64,000 nt of DNA, from NCBI GenBank assembly GCA_963555985.3, contig OY820591.1:1664001-1728000 (forward strand), in the 5' to 3' direction. The notes beneath the pieces are model-generated. The model did no database searches, was not told where the DNA came from, and worked only from the letters and a program-made list of their open reading frames with translations. This DNA comes from Dehalococcoidia bacterium (GTDB lineage Bacteria; Chloroflexota; Dehalococcoidia; Bin125). Below are positions 63,352-64,000 of the stretch, in pieces (positions within the stretch are counted from its first letter, which is position 1; each line of letters starts with the position of its first letter). A program made the position numbers and the translations under genes.

Positions 63352-64000
63352 CTAGTTGAGCACGCCGCTGACCAGATGCTCAATGTACTCCTCGTCAGAC
63401 ATGCCGACGATGTCCTTGTAGACGTACTCGTTGTCTTCGCCCAGCAGCGGCGCGGCCTTGTGCAGATTGGCCGGCGTCTCGGACAGGCGGAAGGAGGGAC
63501 CGTCGTAGGCGCGATGTCCCATCGTGGGGTGATCGAGCATCCAGAAGTGGCCGCGATGGTCGAGCTGTGGGTCGTTGCGGAGATCTTCTGGCGTCTGCAC
63601 GACTCCAGCGGGAATGCCCACTTGCTGGAGCGTTCGCATCAGCGCTTCCGCGGGCTGAGCGCGAGTCCACTGCCCGATCAACGCATCGAGTTCGTCTTGG
63701 CGCTTCAGCCGTTCAACAGCCGTGGCAAAGCGTGGATCATCCGCCCATTCGGGATGTCCGGCGATCTGCGCGAGGCTGCGCCATTCATCCTCGGAAGTAC
63801 AGACGATCGCGATCCAACGATCATCGTCATTCTCACCGCGTGCGGCGCACTGATAGGTGCCGTGCGGCGCGTGATCGAGGTGGCGCGTGCCGAGGGCATC
63901 CTGTTCGCGGCCGTTGACGGTGTAGTCGAGGACCATTGACTCGGTCGCGTGGATTGCGGCCTCCAGTTGGCCGAAGTCGATGTTCTGGCCTTCGCCAGTG
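63352..64000 (-). CDS. CoA-transferase family III, 5'-truncated by the window edge
   Basis: TGEGQNIDFGQLE, APHGTY.C, DPRF, DPQL.HRG, APLLGE. Confidence 0.88.
   Translation of the reverse strand, partial: TGEGQNIDFGQLEAAIHATESMVLDYTVNGREQDALGTRHLDHAPHGTYQCAARGENDDDRWIAIVCTSEDEWRSLAQIAGHPEWADDPRFATAVERLKRQDELDALIGQWTRAQPAEALMRTLQQVGIPAGVVQTPEDLRNDPQLDHRGHFWMLDHPTMGHRAYDGPSFRLSETPANLHKAAPLLGEDNEYVYKDIVGMSDEEYIEHLVSGVLN

Overview
High-GC bacterial chromosomal window with about 58 recognisable genes and one tRNA. The gene content (tandem CoA-transferases, crotonases, SDRs, acyl-CoA dehydrogenase, amidase, CocE hydrolase, many leaderless TANNNT promoters) suggests a Chloroflexota/Dehalococcoidia (SAR202-like) organism; this is inference, not a database result. 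Housekeeping genes include rph, serA, a class-V aminotransferase, selA, mutS2, rarA, glpK/glpD, copA, nfuA, a HelD/UvrD-type helicase, sppA and tRNA-Ile2(CAU). Most notable: (1) the radical SAM ORF 37687-38994 does not end at its UGA but reads C-U-A-E-P through it, with a SECIS-like hairpin, so it is a hidden selenoprotein, and selA is in the same window; (2) an intact but orphan phage large-terminase operon sits at the tRNA 3' end between palindromic repeats, with a degenerate SOS-like box at its promoter; (3) a family of gene-less intergenic elements (about 6.2, 43.7 and 59.4 kb, plus a short array at 54.06 kb) consists of a sigma70-type promoter with a LexA-like box followed by 9-10 bp phased direct repeats, with no known function; (4) several unusual restriction/defence-like modules occur: a MTase-HNH fusion, Mrr next to a macrodomain-like gene, an Eco29kI-type nuclease paired with a DPPH-motif MTase, and a coiled-coil protein with a RelE-like tail. 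All calls come from reading motifs by eye; no searches were run.
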